This document shows, in pieces, positions 47,697 through 62,833 of a DNA stretch of 64,000 bases. Both the position numbers and the translations under genes were made by a program. The notes under the pieces are model-generated. The model searched no databases. It was not told the DNA's origin and saw nothing but the letters and a program-made list of their open reading frames with translations. Position 1 is the first letter of the stretch; every line of letters starts with the position of its first letter. The stretch spans positions 662,683-726,682 of the forward strand of contig CAVQDT010000005.1 of the NCBI GenBank assembly GCA_963711305.1, read 5' to 3'. The stretch comes from an uncultured Pseudomonadota bacterium (GTDB taxonomy: Bacteria > Myxococcota_A > Polyangia > Fen-1088).

Positions 47697-48958
47697 CTAC
47701 TGAGGCACACCGTTCGGCGAGACGGTGAACGAGCCGCAGGTGCCGCCGGCGTGGCTGTCGACGACCAGGTAGTGCACACCCGGGCCCAGCGTCGCGACGG
47801 TGCGGCTCTGGACCGGGGGCCCCGCCGGACACATCGACCCCAGCGCGGGCCCGCAGAAGTTGTCGTTGCACGACTTCTGGTTCGGGGCCGTCGCCATGGT
47901 GCAGACGTCGCGCACGTAGAGCACGGTGTCGATGCAGGTGTTGGTGCAGGTGCTGAACGTGACCATGGTCGAGTTCGCGTCGAGCACGAAGTAGTAGACG
48001 CCGTCGCCCGACGTGGTCGCCGGCGCGACCAGGCACCCCATGACCGGAGTGAAGTCGTCGTTCATTCCGCAGGTGGTGCCCGTGACCGGGAGGTTGGCGA
48101 TGCGCGTCGGGCTGCCGCAGTTGTCGGTCGCATTGATCGTCGCCGGCGTCGCGTAGATGTCGACGGTGAAGTCGCCGCTCGCGCCGCCGTTGGCGCCGTC
48201 GACGAAGATGTAGAACGTGCCGGGGCCCAGTCCGCGCGAGGTGAGCACGCTGGTCTTGCGGTTGTCCGAATCGTCGTTGCACGCGATCTCGGCGCCACAG
48301 CAGGTGTTGCTGCGCAGGTAGATCACCGTATCGAACGCGGTACCGTGGGTGGTGACGAACAGATCGCTCTTCTGCGTGAGGACCAGCTTGAACACCGCCT
48401 CTGCCGCCTTGTCGCCGCCGCAGGATCCGTGGTCGTTCGAGGCTGCCCGAGGTGGTGCCGGTGAATCGGCCGCCGGGCAGGGTGACCGTGACGGCGTTGG
48501 TGTCACAGAAGGTGTTCGAGCTGCACACCGGGGTATCGGTGGGTACGTCCATCGCGGGCCGATCGACTGCGCCGGTGTCAGGGCCACCGCCGCCGAGGTC
48601 CATCGGCGCATCCAACGGTGCGATCGCGTCGGCTGCGTCCTGCGGCGACATCACGTCGGTGCCGCCGTCGTTACCGCCGGCGCCACCCGCCGCCGCGCCG
48701 CCACCGCCGATGCTATCGCCACCCGCGCCACTGCCGCCGAGCGCGCCCATGCCGCCCAGGCCGCTTTGCCCACCCGGTCGAACCGAGGGCATCCCCCGCG
48801 GGCGCATCGCCGCTACCGGCGTCGAGCTGTCCCACGCGCCCCCCCGAGCCGCTGCCACCGGCCAGCCCGTCGTGGTCCACGGTGCAACCCAAGCCAGCGG
48901 CCACCAGCAACAGCAGCGCGGCGATTGCCCGTGAGTGGCGTGCGTGCTTCTCGCTCAC
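47697..48958 (-). CDS. Cys-rich lipoprotein, Gly-rich linker, two PPC-like beta-sandwich repeats (frameshifts)
   Basis: MSEKH...VAAGLGC lipobox; two repeats of DTV(I/L)Y(L/V)R..C...CND...LGPG..Y..VD. Confidence 0.7.
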
Positions 48959-49046
48959 GTTATCTGCCAGAGTATCATTTGTCGTCCTCCACAAATCATC
49001 GGCGGGTCGGCCCCGGACCTGATTGGGTGGCGCGTCGAGAGCGTGG

Positions 49047-51024
<1,978 letters not shown>

Positions 51025-51249
51025 CGCGAGCCAAGCTCGGACCTGACAGGGGCGCTGACGATGCGGGCGCACTTTCTCGACACAGCACGGTAACAGTTTT
51101 CGGGACACCTCGACAGAAAGCGGGATCCCGCTTGAGGGTCCGGAAGGGCCCGAGGGCCAAGGCCCGAGACCCGAGGGCCCCCTGATGACCGACGGCAACT
51201 ATCTCCGCGGAGCCGCCGAGGTTTATTTGAACCCGGCACTCCATTGCTC

Positions 51250-51277
51250 TTGACACTGCGTTCGCTAGCCGTAACGT
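51250..51277 (+). promoter_or_regulatory. Promoter of tRNA-Val/thrS
   Basis: TTGACA-16 nt-TAACGT about 24 nt before the tRNA. Confidence 0.55.
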
Positions 51278-51300
51278 ACGCGCATTCAATTGCGCGGCTC

Positions 51301-51375
<75 letters not shown>

Positions 51376-51547
51376 CTACCCTCCGACCCGTGAGGGCGAC
51401 TCGATTCGCTCTCTCCGCTGGTGGGACGGGTCGTGGCCGGCGCGCAAATGTTGCCGAGATGAGGCTCGTGGCGCGGATCCGGTCTGCGAACATGCCGGTC
51501 TCTACCGAGGGTGGGAGCGTGGGGTCTGTGCGGGTGTCCGTCGTTAC

Positions 51548-53332
51548 ATGAGCGAAGGGAAGATGATTCGGCCACGGGACAAGGGTGATGTGCCCGACGA
51601 TCCGTTGTCGCGCATGAGGCATTCGGCGTCGCACGTCATGGCGGACGCCGTGAAGCGGCTGCGACCGGATGCCAAGGTCGCGATCGGTCCGTCGATCGAG
51701 ACCGGGTTCTACTACGACTTCGACACCGAGCCGTTCGCCCCGGAGGACGCGGAGCGCATCGAAGCGGAGATGCGCAAGATCATCGCCGAGAACCTGCGCT
51801 TCGAGCAAAAGGTCGTGAGCCGCGCCGAGGCGCTGGAGCTGTTCCGCTCGCGCGGCGAGATCTACAAGGTCGAGATCATCGAGTCGATCCCCGAGAGCGA
51901 GACGATCTCGTTCTTCCAGCACGGCAACTTCATCGACCTGTGCCGCGGGCCGCACGTCGACCGCACCGGCGACATCAAGGCGTTCAAGGTGCTGTCGTTC
52001 GCGGGCGCCTACTGGCGCGGCGACGAGCGCAACCGCCAGCTGCAGCGCGTGTACGGCACCGCGTTCCCCAGCACCGACGAGCTCAAGGCGTACCTGGCGG
52101 CGATCGAAGAAGCCAAGCGCCGCGACCACCGCGTGCTCGGCAAGACGCTGGATCTGTTCTCGATGGACGATCTGGTCGGCCCGGGCTTCGTGCTCTGGCA
52201 CCCCAAGGGCGCCTTCGTCCGTTACCAGATCGAGGACACAATCCGGCGCGAGAACGTTCGCCGCGGCTACGACCTGGTCTACACGCCGCACCTGGCGCGC
52301 GAGCAGCTGCTCGAGACGTCGGGGCACCTGGCGCACTACAAGGAGAACCTGTTCGGCGGCATGGAGCTCGACGGCCAGCGCTATCTGGTCAAGCCCATGA
52401 ACTGTCCGTTCCACGCGGCGATCTACCGCTCGCAGATGCGGTCGTACCGCGAGCTGCCGCTGCGTTACTCGGAGCTGGGAACGGTCTACCGTTACGAGCG
52501 CTCGGGCGTGCTCCACGGCCTGCTGCGCGTGCGCGGTCTGACCATGGACGACGGCCACCTCTTCGTGCGCGAGGATCAGATCGGCGAAGAGATGACCAAC
52601 TGTCTGAAGTTCTCGCTGGAGATGCTCAAGCTCTTCGGCTTCGAGACCTTCGACCTGTTCCTCGCGACGCGGCCCGAGAGCTTCATGGGCGAGCCGGCGG
52701 CCTGGGACCGCGCCGAGGCGACCCTGCGGGGCGTGCTCGAGGCGACCGGCCGGCCGTTCGAGGTCGACGTCGGCGGCGGCGCGTTCTACGGCCCCAAGAT
52801 CGATCTCAAGATCCGCGACGCGCTCGGGCGGCACTGGCAGTGCTCGACGTTCCAGCTCGACTACCAGATTCCGGAGCGCTTCGCGCTCGAGTACGTCGCG
52901 CAGGACGGCACGCGCCAGCGGCCGATCATGATCCACCGCGCGCTGCTCGGCTCGATGGAGCGCTTCATCGCCGTGCTCATCGAGCATCACGCCGGCGCGT
53001 TCCCGCTCTGGCTGGCGCCGGTGCAGGCGCGCGTGGTCTCGGTCAGCGAAAAGGCCGAAGGTTACGCGAACGAGGTCTCGGCGCGCCTGCGCGCCGAGGG
53101 ACTGCGCGTCGAGGCCGACGTGTCGGCCGAGAAGCTCGGCGCCAAGATTCGCAAGGCTCAGATGGAAAAGATCCCCTACATGGTCGTCGTGGGGGAGAAG
53201 GACATGGCCGCTCGCGTGGTTTCGCCGCGTACGCGAGAGGGCCAGCAGCAACCGGCAACCGCGCTCGAGGAGTTCGCGCAGCGGCTTGCCAAGGAAGCAG
53301 CGCCTCCGCCCATTGGAGCGGTCGGCGCGTAG
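51548..53332 (+). CDS. thrS: Threonine-tRNA ligase (no N-terminal TGS domain)
   Basis: RHSASH, DLCRGPH, GAYWRGD, RDHR, TSGH, KPMNCP, RYERSG, AFYGPKID, IHRALLGSMERF. Confidence 0.97.
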   Translation: MSEGKMIRPRDKGDVPDDPLSRMRHSASHVMADAVKRLRPDAKVAIGPSIETGFYYDFDTEPFAPEDAERIEAEMRKIIAENLRFEQKVVSRAEALELFRSRGEIYKVEIIESIPESETISFFQHGNFIDLCRGPHVDRTGDIKAFKVLSFAGAYWRGDERNRQLQRVYGTAFPSTDELKAYLAAIEEAKRRDHRVLGKTLDLFSMDDLVGPGFVLWHPKGAFVRYQIEDTIRRENVRRGYDLVYTPHLAREQLLETSGHLAHYKENLFGGMELDGQRYLVKPMNCPFHAAIYRSQMRSYRELPLRYSELGTVYRYERSGVLHGLLRVRGLTMDDGHLFVREDQIGEEMTNCLKFSLEMLKLFGFETFDLFLATRPESFMGEPAAWDRAEATLRGVLEATGRPFEVDVGGGAFYGPKIDLKIRDALGRHWQCSTFQLDYQIPERFALEYVAQDGTRQRPIMIHRALLGSMERFIAVLIEHHAGAFPLWLAPVQARVVSVSEKAEGYANEVSARLRAEGLRVEADVSAEKLGAKIRKAQMEKIPYMVVVGEKDMAARVVSPRTREGQQQPATALEEFAQRLAKEAAPPPIGAVGA

Positions 53333-53365
53333 CTTGCGGCGGGAACCGGAACCAGGAGAAAGATC

Positions 53366-54259
53366 ATCGCAAGGCCATCCTTTCAAGCACCATCGAGCTC
53401 AGCAGACAGCTACCGCGTCGGGCGGCGCATCCGCGTGCCCGAGGTGCGGGTCATCGGCGCCGACGGCGGCCAGGTAGGAATCATTCCCACGCACGAAGCT
53501 CTCCGCATGGCGGAAGAGCTGGGCCTCGAGCTCGTCGAGGTCAATCCGCGCGCGGCGCCACCGGTCTGCAAGATCATGGACTTCGGCAAGTTCAAGTACG
53601 AGACCTCGAAGAAGGAAAAGGCCTCGCGCAAGCACCAGTCCACGATCGTGCTCAAGGAGATCAAGCTTCGCCCCAAGACCGACGATCACGACTTCGACTT
53701 CAAGGTGAAGCACATCCGCCGATTCCTGTCGGAGGGTAACAAGTGCAAGCTCGTGGTCGTGTTCCGCGGCCGTGAGATCGTGCACCCCGAGATGGGGCAG
53801 CAGATGCTGGACCAGGTGTTGAAGGCGGTGAACGACATCGCCATGGTCGAGCAGCGCGCGATGATGGAAGGACGCCGCATGGTCATGACCATCGGCCCGC
53901 GCGGTGGCGTGATTCGCGCTGGCGTGCCAGTGCCGGCCGCGCCGACTCCGGGGTCGGGGCCCGCTCCGGCCTCGGGTGCGCGACTCGGTCCGCCAGTCGC
54001 GGGTGGGGCCGCTGCAGCCCCGGCCGCTGCTACCTCGGCGGCGCCTGACCCGGCCGCTCCTGCTGCCCCGGCGGCTCCCGCTGCCTCGGCGGCTCCCGCT
54101 GCCTCGGCCGCTCCTGCTGCCCCGGCGGCTCCCGCTGCCCCGGCCGCTCCTGCTGCCGCGGCCGCTCCTGCAGCCCCGGCCGCGAAGCCACCGGTCACGG
54201 CGCCCACCCTGACCGCCAAGCCGGCGCCAGAACCCGCCAAACCGCTCGGGAAGTCGTAG
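53366..54259 (+). CDS. infC: Translation initiation factor IF-3 (dsg-like), probable ATC start, long Pro/Ala tail
   Basis: AGGAG 53354-58 then in-frame ATC; RIRVPEVRVI, PPVCKIMDFGKFKYE, KEIKLRP, FRGRE. Confidence 0.95.
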   Translation: MARPSFQAPSSSADSYRVGRRIRVPEVRVIGADGGQVGIIPTHEALRMAEELGLELVEVNPRAAPPVCKIMDFGKFKYETSKKEKASRKHQSTIVLKEIKLRPKTDDHDFDFKVKHIRRFLSEGNKCKLVVVFRGREIVHPEMGQQMLDQVLKAVNDIAMVEQRAMMEGRRMVMTIGPRGGVIRAGVPVPAAPTPGSGPAPASGARLGPPVAGGAAAAPAAATSAAPDPAAPAAPAAPAASAAPAASAAPAAPAAPAAPAAPAAAAAPAAPAAKPPVTAPTLTAKPAPEPAKPLGKS

Positions 54260-54304
54260 CCGGGGGCGTCGGGAGGCTCGAAGGTTCGTTTCGCGTCGAA
54301 ATGC

Positions 54305-54332
54305 TTGCCTAGAAAACGCGAATCGCTATACT
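54305..54332 (+). promoter_or_regulatory. Internal promoter for rpmI-rplT
   Basis: TTGCCT-16 nt-TATACT, 12 nt before the rpmI ATG. Confidence 0.55.
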
Positions 54333-54344
54333 CCGCGGCCTCCC

Positions 54345-54548
54345 ATGCCCAAGATCAAGATGAAGTCCAACAGCAGCGCGAAGAAGCGCTTCAAGCTGAC
54401 CGCCAAGGGGCGCGTCAAGCGGAAGTCGGCCTATCTCCGCCACTGCCTGACCCACAAGACGTCGTCCACCAAGCGCAAGCTGCGCCGCGGAGCCTACGTC
54501 AGCAAGACGCAGGAGCATCAGATCAAAGCGATGCTCCCGTACGCCTAG
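54345..54548 (+). CDS. rpmI: 50S ribosomal protein L35
   Basis: MPKIKMKSNSSAKKRFKLT...KRKLR...MLPY. Confidence 0.97.
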   Translation: MPKIKMKSNSSAKKRFKLTAKGRVKRKSAYLRHCLTHKTSSTKRKLRRGAYVSKTQEHQIKAMLPYA

Positions 54549-54582
54549 GTCTTTGATTCAGCGTTAAACGAAGGAACAGTCC

Positions 54583-54936
54583 ATGCCTCGCGCCAAAGGT
54601 GGTTACAAGTCAACTCGACGCCGTAAACGGATTCGCGCGCACGCGAAGGGTTTCCGCGGCGGTCGGTCAAAGCTCTGGAAAGCAGCCGTAGAAGCGGTCC
54701 ACCGCAAGTGGCGCTACGCGCTCTTCCACCGGCGCAAGAGGAAGCCGGACTTCCGCGGTCTCTGGATCACGCGCATCAACGCCGCCGCCCGCGACAACGG
54801 GATCTCGTACTCGCGGCTGATCGCGTCCCTCGACAAGGCGAACATCGCTCTCGATCGCAAGATCCTCTCGGACCTGGCGATCAGCGATCCCGCTGCGTTC
54901 AAGAAGGTCATCGAGACGGCGCGCGCCGCCGCTTGA
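54583..54936 (+). CDS. rplT: 50S ribosomal protein L20
   Basis: AKGFRGGRS, FRGLWITRINAAAR, LDRKILSDLA. Confidence 0.97.
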   Translation: MPRAKGGYKSTRRRKRIRAHAKGFRGGRSKLWKAAVEAVHRKWRYALFHRRKRKPDFRGLWITRINAAARDNGISYSRLIASLDKANIALDRKILSDLAISDPAAFKKVIETARAAA

Positions 54937-55007
54937 CGCCCGCCGCCGCCTGACGGTTCAGCCGTCGGCGGCAGGCCGCCGTCGGCGGCAGGCCGCCCCC
55001 GGCTGTC

Positions 55008-58533
<3,526 letters not shown>

Positions 58534-58537
58534 TTTT

Positions 58538-58555
58538 CGGAGGTTCGGAACCCTC
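58538..58555 (+). repeat. Short palindromic repeat, copy 1
   Basis: CGGAGGTTCGGAACCCTC, identical to the reverse complement of 59608-59625. Confidence 0.7.
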
Positions 58556-58638
58556 TGAGGGTTCTGAGCCCAATAACCGCGAAGGGTTTTACTAACTCTT
58601 TGACCCGAAAGGCTTATTCGGGTTATAGCTCGTGGGCC

Positions 58639-58917
58639 ATGACGAAGGCCGACATTGTTGAGAACGTGTACGAGAAGGTCGGCGGGTTTTCGAAGAAAGA
58701 GGCGGCGGAGATCGTGGAGACGGTGTTCGACACGATCAAGGAAACGCTCGAGCGCGGCGAGAAGATCAAGATTTCCGGCTTCGGTAACTTCGTGGTGCGC
58801 GACAAGAACGCGCGTGCCGGGAGAAATCCGCAGACCGGACAGGAGATCACGATCAGCGCGCGTCGTGTGCTGACGTTCAAGCCGAGCCAGGTGCTGAAGA
58901 ACGCACTCAACGGGTGA
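58639..58917 (+). CDS. ihfA: Integration host factor alpha
   Basis: MTKADIV, KISGFGNF, GRNPQTG, RRVLTFKPSQVLK; synteny after pheT. Confidence 0.95.
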   Translation: MTKADIVENVYEKVGGFSKKEAAEIVETVFDTIKETLERGEKIKISGFGNFVVRDKNARAGRNPQTGQEITISARRVLTFKPSQVLKNALNG

Positions 58918-58935
58918 TCCGGGGACGAGGGACTT

Positions 58936-59328
58936 TTGGCGCGACGAGCTCCCAAGCCGACCGACGCATCCGGGATACCAGACAAGCCGTTTTTCAAGAT
59001 CGGCGAAGCCGCGCGGCTGTGCGCGGTCAAGCCCTACGTGTTGCGCTACTGGGAGACCGAGTTCAGCTCGATCCGTCCGAAGAAGACGCGGTCGCAGCAG
59101 CGGCTCTATCAGCGCAAGGACGTGGAGCTGTTGCTGCGCATCCGACACCTCCTGTACGACGAGCGCTTCACGATCGAGGGCGCGCGCACCCGCCTGCGCG
59201 AGCTGGGCGAGGAGGAGAAGGCGGCGCCGCCGCCGCTGCCCGAGCCCCCGATCGATCGTGAGCTGGCGCGGAAGATCAAGCAGGGGCTGGTCGACCTGAT
59301 CCGCTTGGTCGACGGACCGGCCAACTAA
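58936..59328 (+). CDS. MerR-family transcriptional regulator
   Basis: [11 protein letters not shown]...[10 protein letters not shown]...RLYQRKD...FTIEGAR; conserved ihfA neighbour. Confidence 0.9.
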   Translation: MARRAPKPTDASGIPDKPFFKIGEAARLCAVKPYVLRYWETEFSSIRPKKTRSQQRLYQRKDVELLLRIRHLLYDERFTIEGARTRLRELGEEEKAAPPPLPEPPIDRELARKIKQGLVDLIRLVDGPAN

Positions 59329-59340
59329 GGTCACGTGATC

Positions 59341-59432
59341 CGCGTCGTCGGGCGTGGGCGAGGGCGATCCGATCGTTGGCTCCGCCGGATCGCCCACGCC
59401 GACGCCTACGCCCACGACCACGACCGGATCCG
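59341..59432. repeat. Intergenic hexamer-periodic hairpin element
   Basis: GGCGTGGGCGAGGGCGATCCG ... CGGATCGCCCACGCCGACGCC arms plus extra ACGCCC/ACGACC units. Confidence 0.7.
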
Positions 59433-59518
59433 GACCTCCGTGGCGGAGGCCGGGAGATGGCGAAAATCCCTTCGCAACGGCCCCGTTTCAGAGTAGGTAA
59501 GGCATTCACAAAAATCGT

Positions 59519-59596
<78 letters not shown>

Positions 59597-59607
59597 ATTG
59601 CAGCCGG

Positions 59608-59625
59608 GAGGGTTCCGAACCTCCG
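59608..59625 (-). repeat. Short palindromic repeat, copy 2
   Basis: GAGGGTTCCGAACCTCCG, reverse complement of 58538-58555. Confidence 0.7.
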
Positions 59626-59632
59626 CAATCCG

Positions 59633-60374
59633 CTACGCGCGCAGCGACGCCGTGGCCTTCTCGGCGCGCTCGAGGCGGCGGTTGACCTCGTCCCAGTTGA
59701 TGTTCTGGAAGAAGGCGTCGATGTACTTGCCGGCCGCGGCGCCGTAGTCGATCGCGTAGGCGTGCTCGTACATGTCCATCACGAGCAGCGGCGCGCCGAA
59801 CGCGACCGACTGCGTGTGGTTGCCGGCCCAGTAGGTGCGCAGCTCGCCGGTGTGGAAGTTGAGGTCGAGGATCGCCCAGCCGCTGCCGCCGCCCAGGCTG
59901 TTGCCGACGGCGCGGAAGTGCTCCTCCCAGCGCGCGAGCGATCCGTAGGTCGCCGCGAGCCGCTTCTCGATCGGCCCGCTGCACTTGCCGTTGCCGCCGA
60001 GGTTGCCGAAGTAGTGCTCGTGGTAGATGAGCGAGTTCGTGAACAGCAGCTCGCGCTCCTTGAGGCCGCTGACGACGAAGCCCGGCGTGTCCTTGCCGGT
60101 GGTGGCGAGCTGCTCCTCGACCTTGTTGAGGTTCTTCACCGCGCCCGCGTAGTTGTTGTCGTGGTGCGAGGTGATCATCCGCTCGGAGATCCCGGTCAGC
60201 TTCTTGGGGTCGAACGGCAGCGGCACCACGGCGTGCTTGCCGGCGAATGCGCCGGCGCCACCGGCGGCGGGGGCCGCGGGCGCGGCGGACGGCCGGCTGG
60301 GCCTTGCTCGCGAGCCAGAGGGCGGGCGCGCTCGCGCCCAGGATGCGGAACGTCTCTCGTCGGCTGATCGACAT
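59633..60374 (-). CDS. Fe/Mn superoxide dismutase (ChrC-like) with Tat-type leader (frameshift near 60290)
   Basis: HHDNNY, NSLIYHEHYF, GGSGW, VMDMYEHAY; N-terminus MSISRRETFRILG preceded by GAGGAG RBS. Confidence 0.88.
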
Positions 60375-60501
60375 GGTCGTCTCCTCGGTCGAAATGGGGG
60401 CCCCACCATCGATCCTTGCGGCCGCGCGCGCAAGTGCGCGCGGCACGAGTCGCATCCGCTCCTTGCGCGCGACGTTCCCCGCAAAGTAGAACCCCGGCAC
60501 G

Positions 60502-61293
60502 ATGTCCGAACGTCCTCTGATTTTGGTGACCAACGACGATGGCGTGATGGCGCCGGGGATTCGCGCCGCGGCCGAGGTGTTGCGCGAGATCGGCGACGTG
60601 GTGATCGCCGCGCCCGATCGCGAGCGCAGCGCCACCTCGCACTCGATCAGCCTGGACCGTCCGCTGCGCGTCGACGAGATCGAGCCCGGCGTGTTCTCGA
60701 TCGACGGCACGCCGGTCGACTGCGTCTACCTGGCGCTCCTGCACCTGGTGCCGCGGCGGCCGGCCTTGTGCGTCTCGGGGATCAACAACGGCTACAACCT
60801 CGGCTCCGACGTCTTCTATTCGGGGACGGTCGCGGGCGCGGTCGAAGCGGCGCTGCGCGGCGTGCCCGCGATGGCGATCTCGCTCGAGCGGCGGAGGGAG
60901 CAGGATTTCTCGCAGGCCGCCGGTTTCCTGCAGGCGATCGCGGCCGAGGCGATTGCGCGCGGGCCGGGCGCGATCCCGGAGGCATCGTTCCTGAGCGTGA
61001 ACATCCCAGGAGGTGCGCTGCGCGGCTACCAGGTCACCTTCCTGGGCCAGCGGGTGTACCGCGATCAGGTCGAGGTCCGGCAAGATTTGCGCGGCCGTTC
61101 GTACTACTGGATCGGCGGGCCCGAAGAGAACGCCACCGACCTGCCGGGCTCGGACTGCAGCGCGGTCCGCGAGGGGCTGGCATCGGTGACCCCGCTCGGG
61201 CTCGACCTCACCCACACGCGACTCATGGGCGAGCTGGTGGCCTGGCGGCTGGGTAATTTCGTGCACGACGCGGTCAGCCGCGCTAACACTTAG
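60502..61293 (+). CDS. surE: 5'/3'-nucleotidase SurE
   Basis: ILVTNDDG, APDRERSA, GTPVDCV, SGINNGYNLG, YSGTVAGA, SVTPL. Confidence 0.96.
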   Translation: MSERPLILVTNDDGVMAPGIRAAAEVLREIGDVVIAAPDRERSATSHSISLDRPLRVDEIEPGVFSIDGTPVDCVYLALLHLVPRRPALCVSGINNGYNLGSDVFYSGTVAGAVEAALRGVPAMAISLERRREQDFSQAAGFLQAIAAEAIARGPGAIPEASFLSVNIPGGALRGYQVTFLGQRVYRDQVEVRQDLRGRSYYWIGGPEENATDLPGSDCSAVREGLASVTPLGLDLTHTRLMGELVAWRLGNFVHDAVSRANT

Positions 61294-61298
61294 CCGCG

Positions 61299-61994
61299 AT
61301 GGCTGGCGGCGGCTCGCAAGGCGAAAAAACGGCGGAAGCGTCGTTCGAGCGGGCGCGGCGGGCGATGGTGCTGGAGCAGATCGCCGCGCGCGGGATCACC
61401 GATCCGCGCGTGCTGGGCGCGATGGCGGCGGTGCCGCGGCACGCGTTCGTCGACCCGTCGCTGCACGGCGTGGCGTACGACGACCGGCCGCTGCCCATCG
61501 GCTTCGAGCAGACGATCTCGCAGCCGTACATGGTGGCGCGCGCGACCGAGCTGTGCGCGCCCCGGGCGCACGATCGCGCGCTCGAGGTCGGCGCCGGGTG
61601 CGGCTACCAGGCGGCGGTGCTGGCCGAGCTCTGCCGCCAGGTGTTCGCGGTGGAGATCATCCCCGAGCTCGCCGAGCGCGCGCGGCGCACGCTGGCCGAG
61701 CTCGGCTTCCGGAACGTCGCCGTCGATTCGTTCGACGGCGCGGCGGGGTGGGCGGAGCACGCGCCGTTCAACGTCATCGTGGTTTCGGCGGGCGCGCCGC
61801 GCGTGCCGCCGCTGCTGGTCGACCAGCTCGCCGACGGCGGCCGCATGGTGATCCCCATCGGCCCGCCCCACGAGCAGGAGCTGGCGCTGATCCGCCGCCA
61901 CGGCGACACCTACGAGACCTCGTACGACACGCGCTGCCGCTACGTGGACCTGCAGGGAAAGTTCGGCGTCGGCGGCACGCCGCCGCAAGCGTAG
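61299..61994 (+). CDS. pcm: Protein-L-isoaspartate O-methyltransferase
   Basis: VPRHAFV, AYDDRPLPIG, QTISQPYMVA, LEVGAGCGYQAA; synteny with surE. Confidence 0.95.
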   Translation: MAGGGSQGEKTAEASFERARRAMVLEQIAARGITDPRVLGAMAAVPRHAFVDPSLHGVAYDDRPLPIGFEQTISQPYMVARATELCAPRAHDRALEVGAGCGYQAAVLAELCRQVFAVEIIPELAERARRTLAELGFRNVAVDSFDGAAGWAEHAPFNVIVVSAGAPRVPPLLVDQLADGGRMVIPIGPPHEQELALIRRHGDTYETSYDTRCRYVDLQGKFGVGGTPPQA

Positions 61995-62059
61995 CGGTTG
62001 CCGATCCGCGGGCGCTGCGCTCGCAAGGCTTACCCGGACCGGAGCTATACTGCCGCCGT

Positions 62060-62833
62060 TTGAGACGCAGCCTGCTCATTGTCGCCTTGTTCGGCCTTGC
62101 CGCGTGCCATCCGGACCGGCGGCTGCCGATGCATCCGGAGAATCCACCAGGGGCCTGGTACACGGTCTCGCCGGGGGAGACGCTCGAGCAGATCGCGGCG
62201 CGCGCCGGGGTTCCTCCGGAGGACATCCTGGAGATCAACGGCCTTTCGCGCGCCAGTGACGTGCGGCCGGGGAAGATCATCTACGTGCTCGCGGGGCACG
62301 GGCCGGTCGAACCGCCCGCGGTCGGCTCGCCGTCCGCCGGGCCGGCCACCGCGGGCCTCACGCCGCCGCCGTCGGCGAATCTCCCGCCGCCGTCGCTCGC
62401 CAGCGTGGCAGTCGCCCCGGGGGGCGTGGGGCGCTTCCGGTGGCCCCTCGAGCGCGCCGCCGCGGTCGGCTCGCCGTTCGGCACGCGCGCCGGCCGCCAG
62501 CACGAGGGCATCGATCTGCCGACGCCGATCGGGACGCCAGTCTTCGCCGCAGGCGACGGTCAGGTCGTCTATGCCGGCAACGCCATCCGCGGCTACGGCA
62601 ACCTGATCGTCGTTCAACACGAGGGAGATCTCCTGACCGTGTATGCCCACAACTCGGAGCTGCTGGTCGCACAGGGGGACAAGGTAAGGGCGGGGCAGCG
62701 GATCGCGCTGTCCGGCCGGAGCGGCCACGCGAGCGGCCCCCATCTTCACTTCGAGGTGCGTTCGGGGCAGATTCCTGTCGATCCCGTGTCATACCTTCCA
62801 TCGTTCCCTTCTTCGTCCGGAGGCTCGCCGTGA
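62060..62833 (+). CDS. LysM + M23 peptidase lipoprotein (NlpD-like)
   Basis: Lipobox LAAC; LysM YTVSPGETLEQIA; HEGID, YGN, YAHN, GPHLHFEVR (Zn ligands intact). Confidence 0.9.
   Translation: MRRSLLIVALFGLAACHPDRRLPMHPENPPGAWYTVSPGETLEQIAARAGVPPEDILEINGLSRASDVRPGKIIYVLAGHGPVEPPAVGSPSAGPATAGLTPPPSANLPPPSLASVAVAPGGVGRFRWPLERAAAVGSPFGTRAGRQHEGIDLPTPIGTPVFAAGDGQVVYAGNAIRGYGNLIVVQHEGDLLTVYAHNSELLVAQGDKVRAGQRIALSGRSGHASGPHLHFEVRSGQIPVDPVSYLPSFPSSSGGSP

Noticed and set aside
51376-51547. thrS leader as a T-box or anticodon-mimic operator (small hairpin CCCTC...GAGGG with CGT in the loop)
   Set aside because: No T-box consensus or terminator; the hairpin is short, far from the start codon and could be chance
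54940-55000. pheS attenuator (pheM-like) in the rplT-pheS gap
   Set aside because: Only a GC hairpin and a 17-bp duplication; no Phe-rich leader peptide or U-tract
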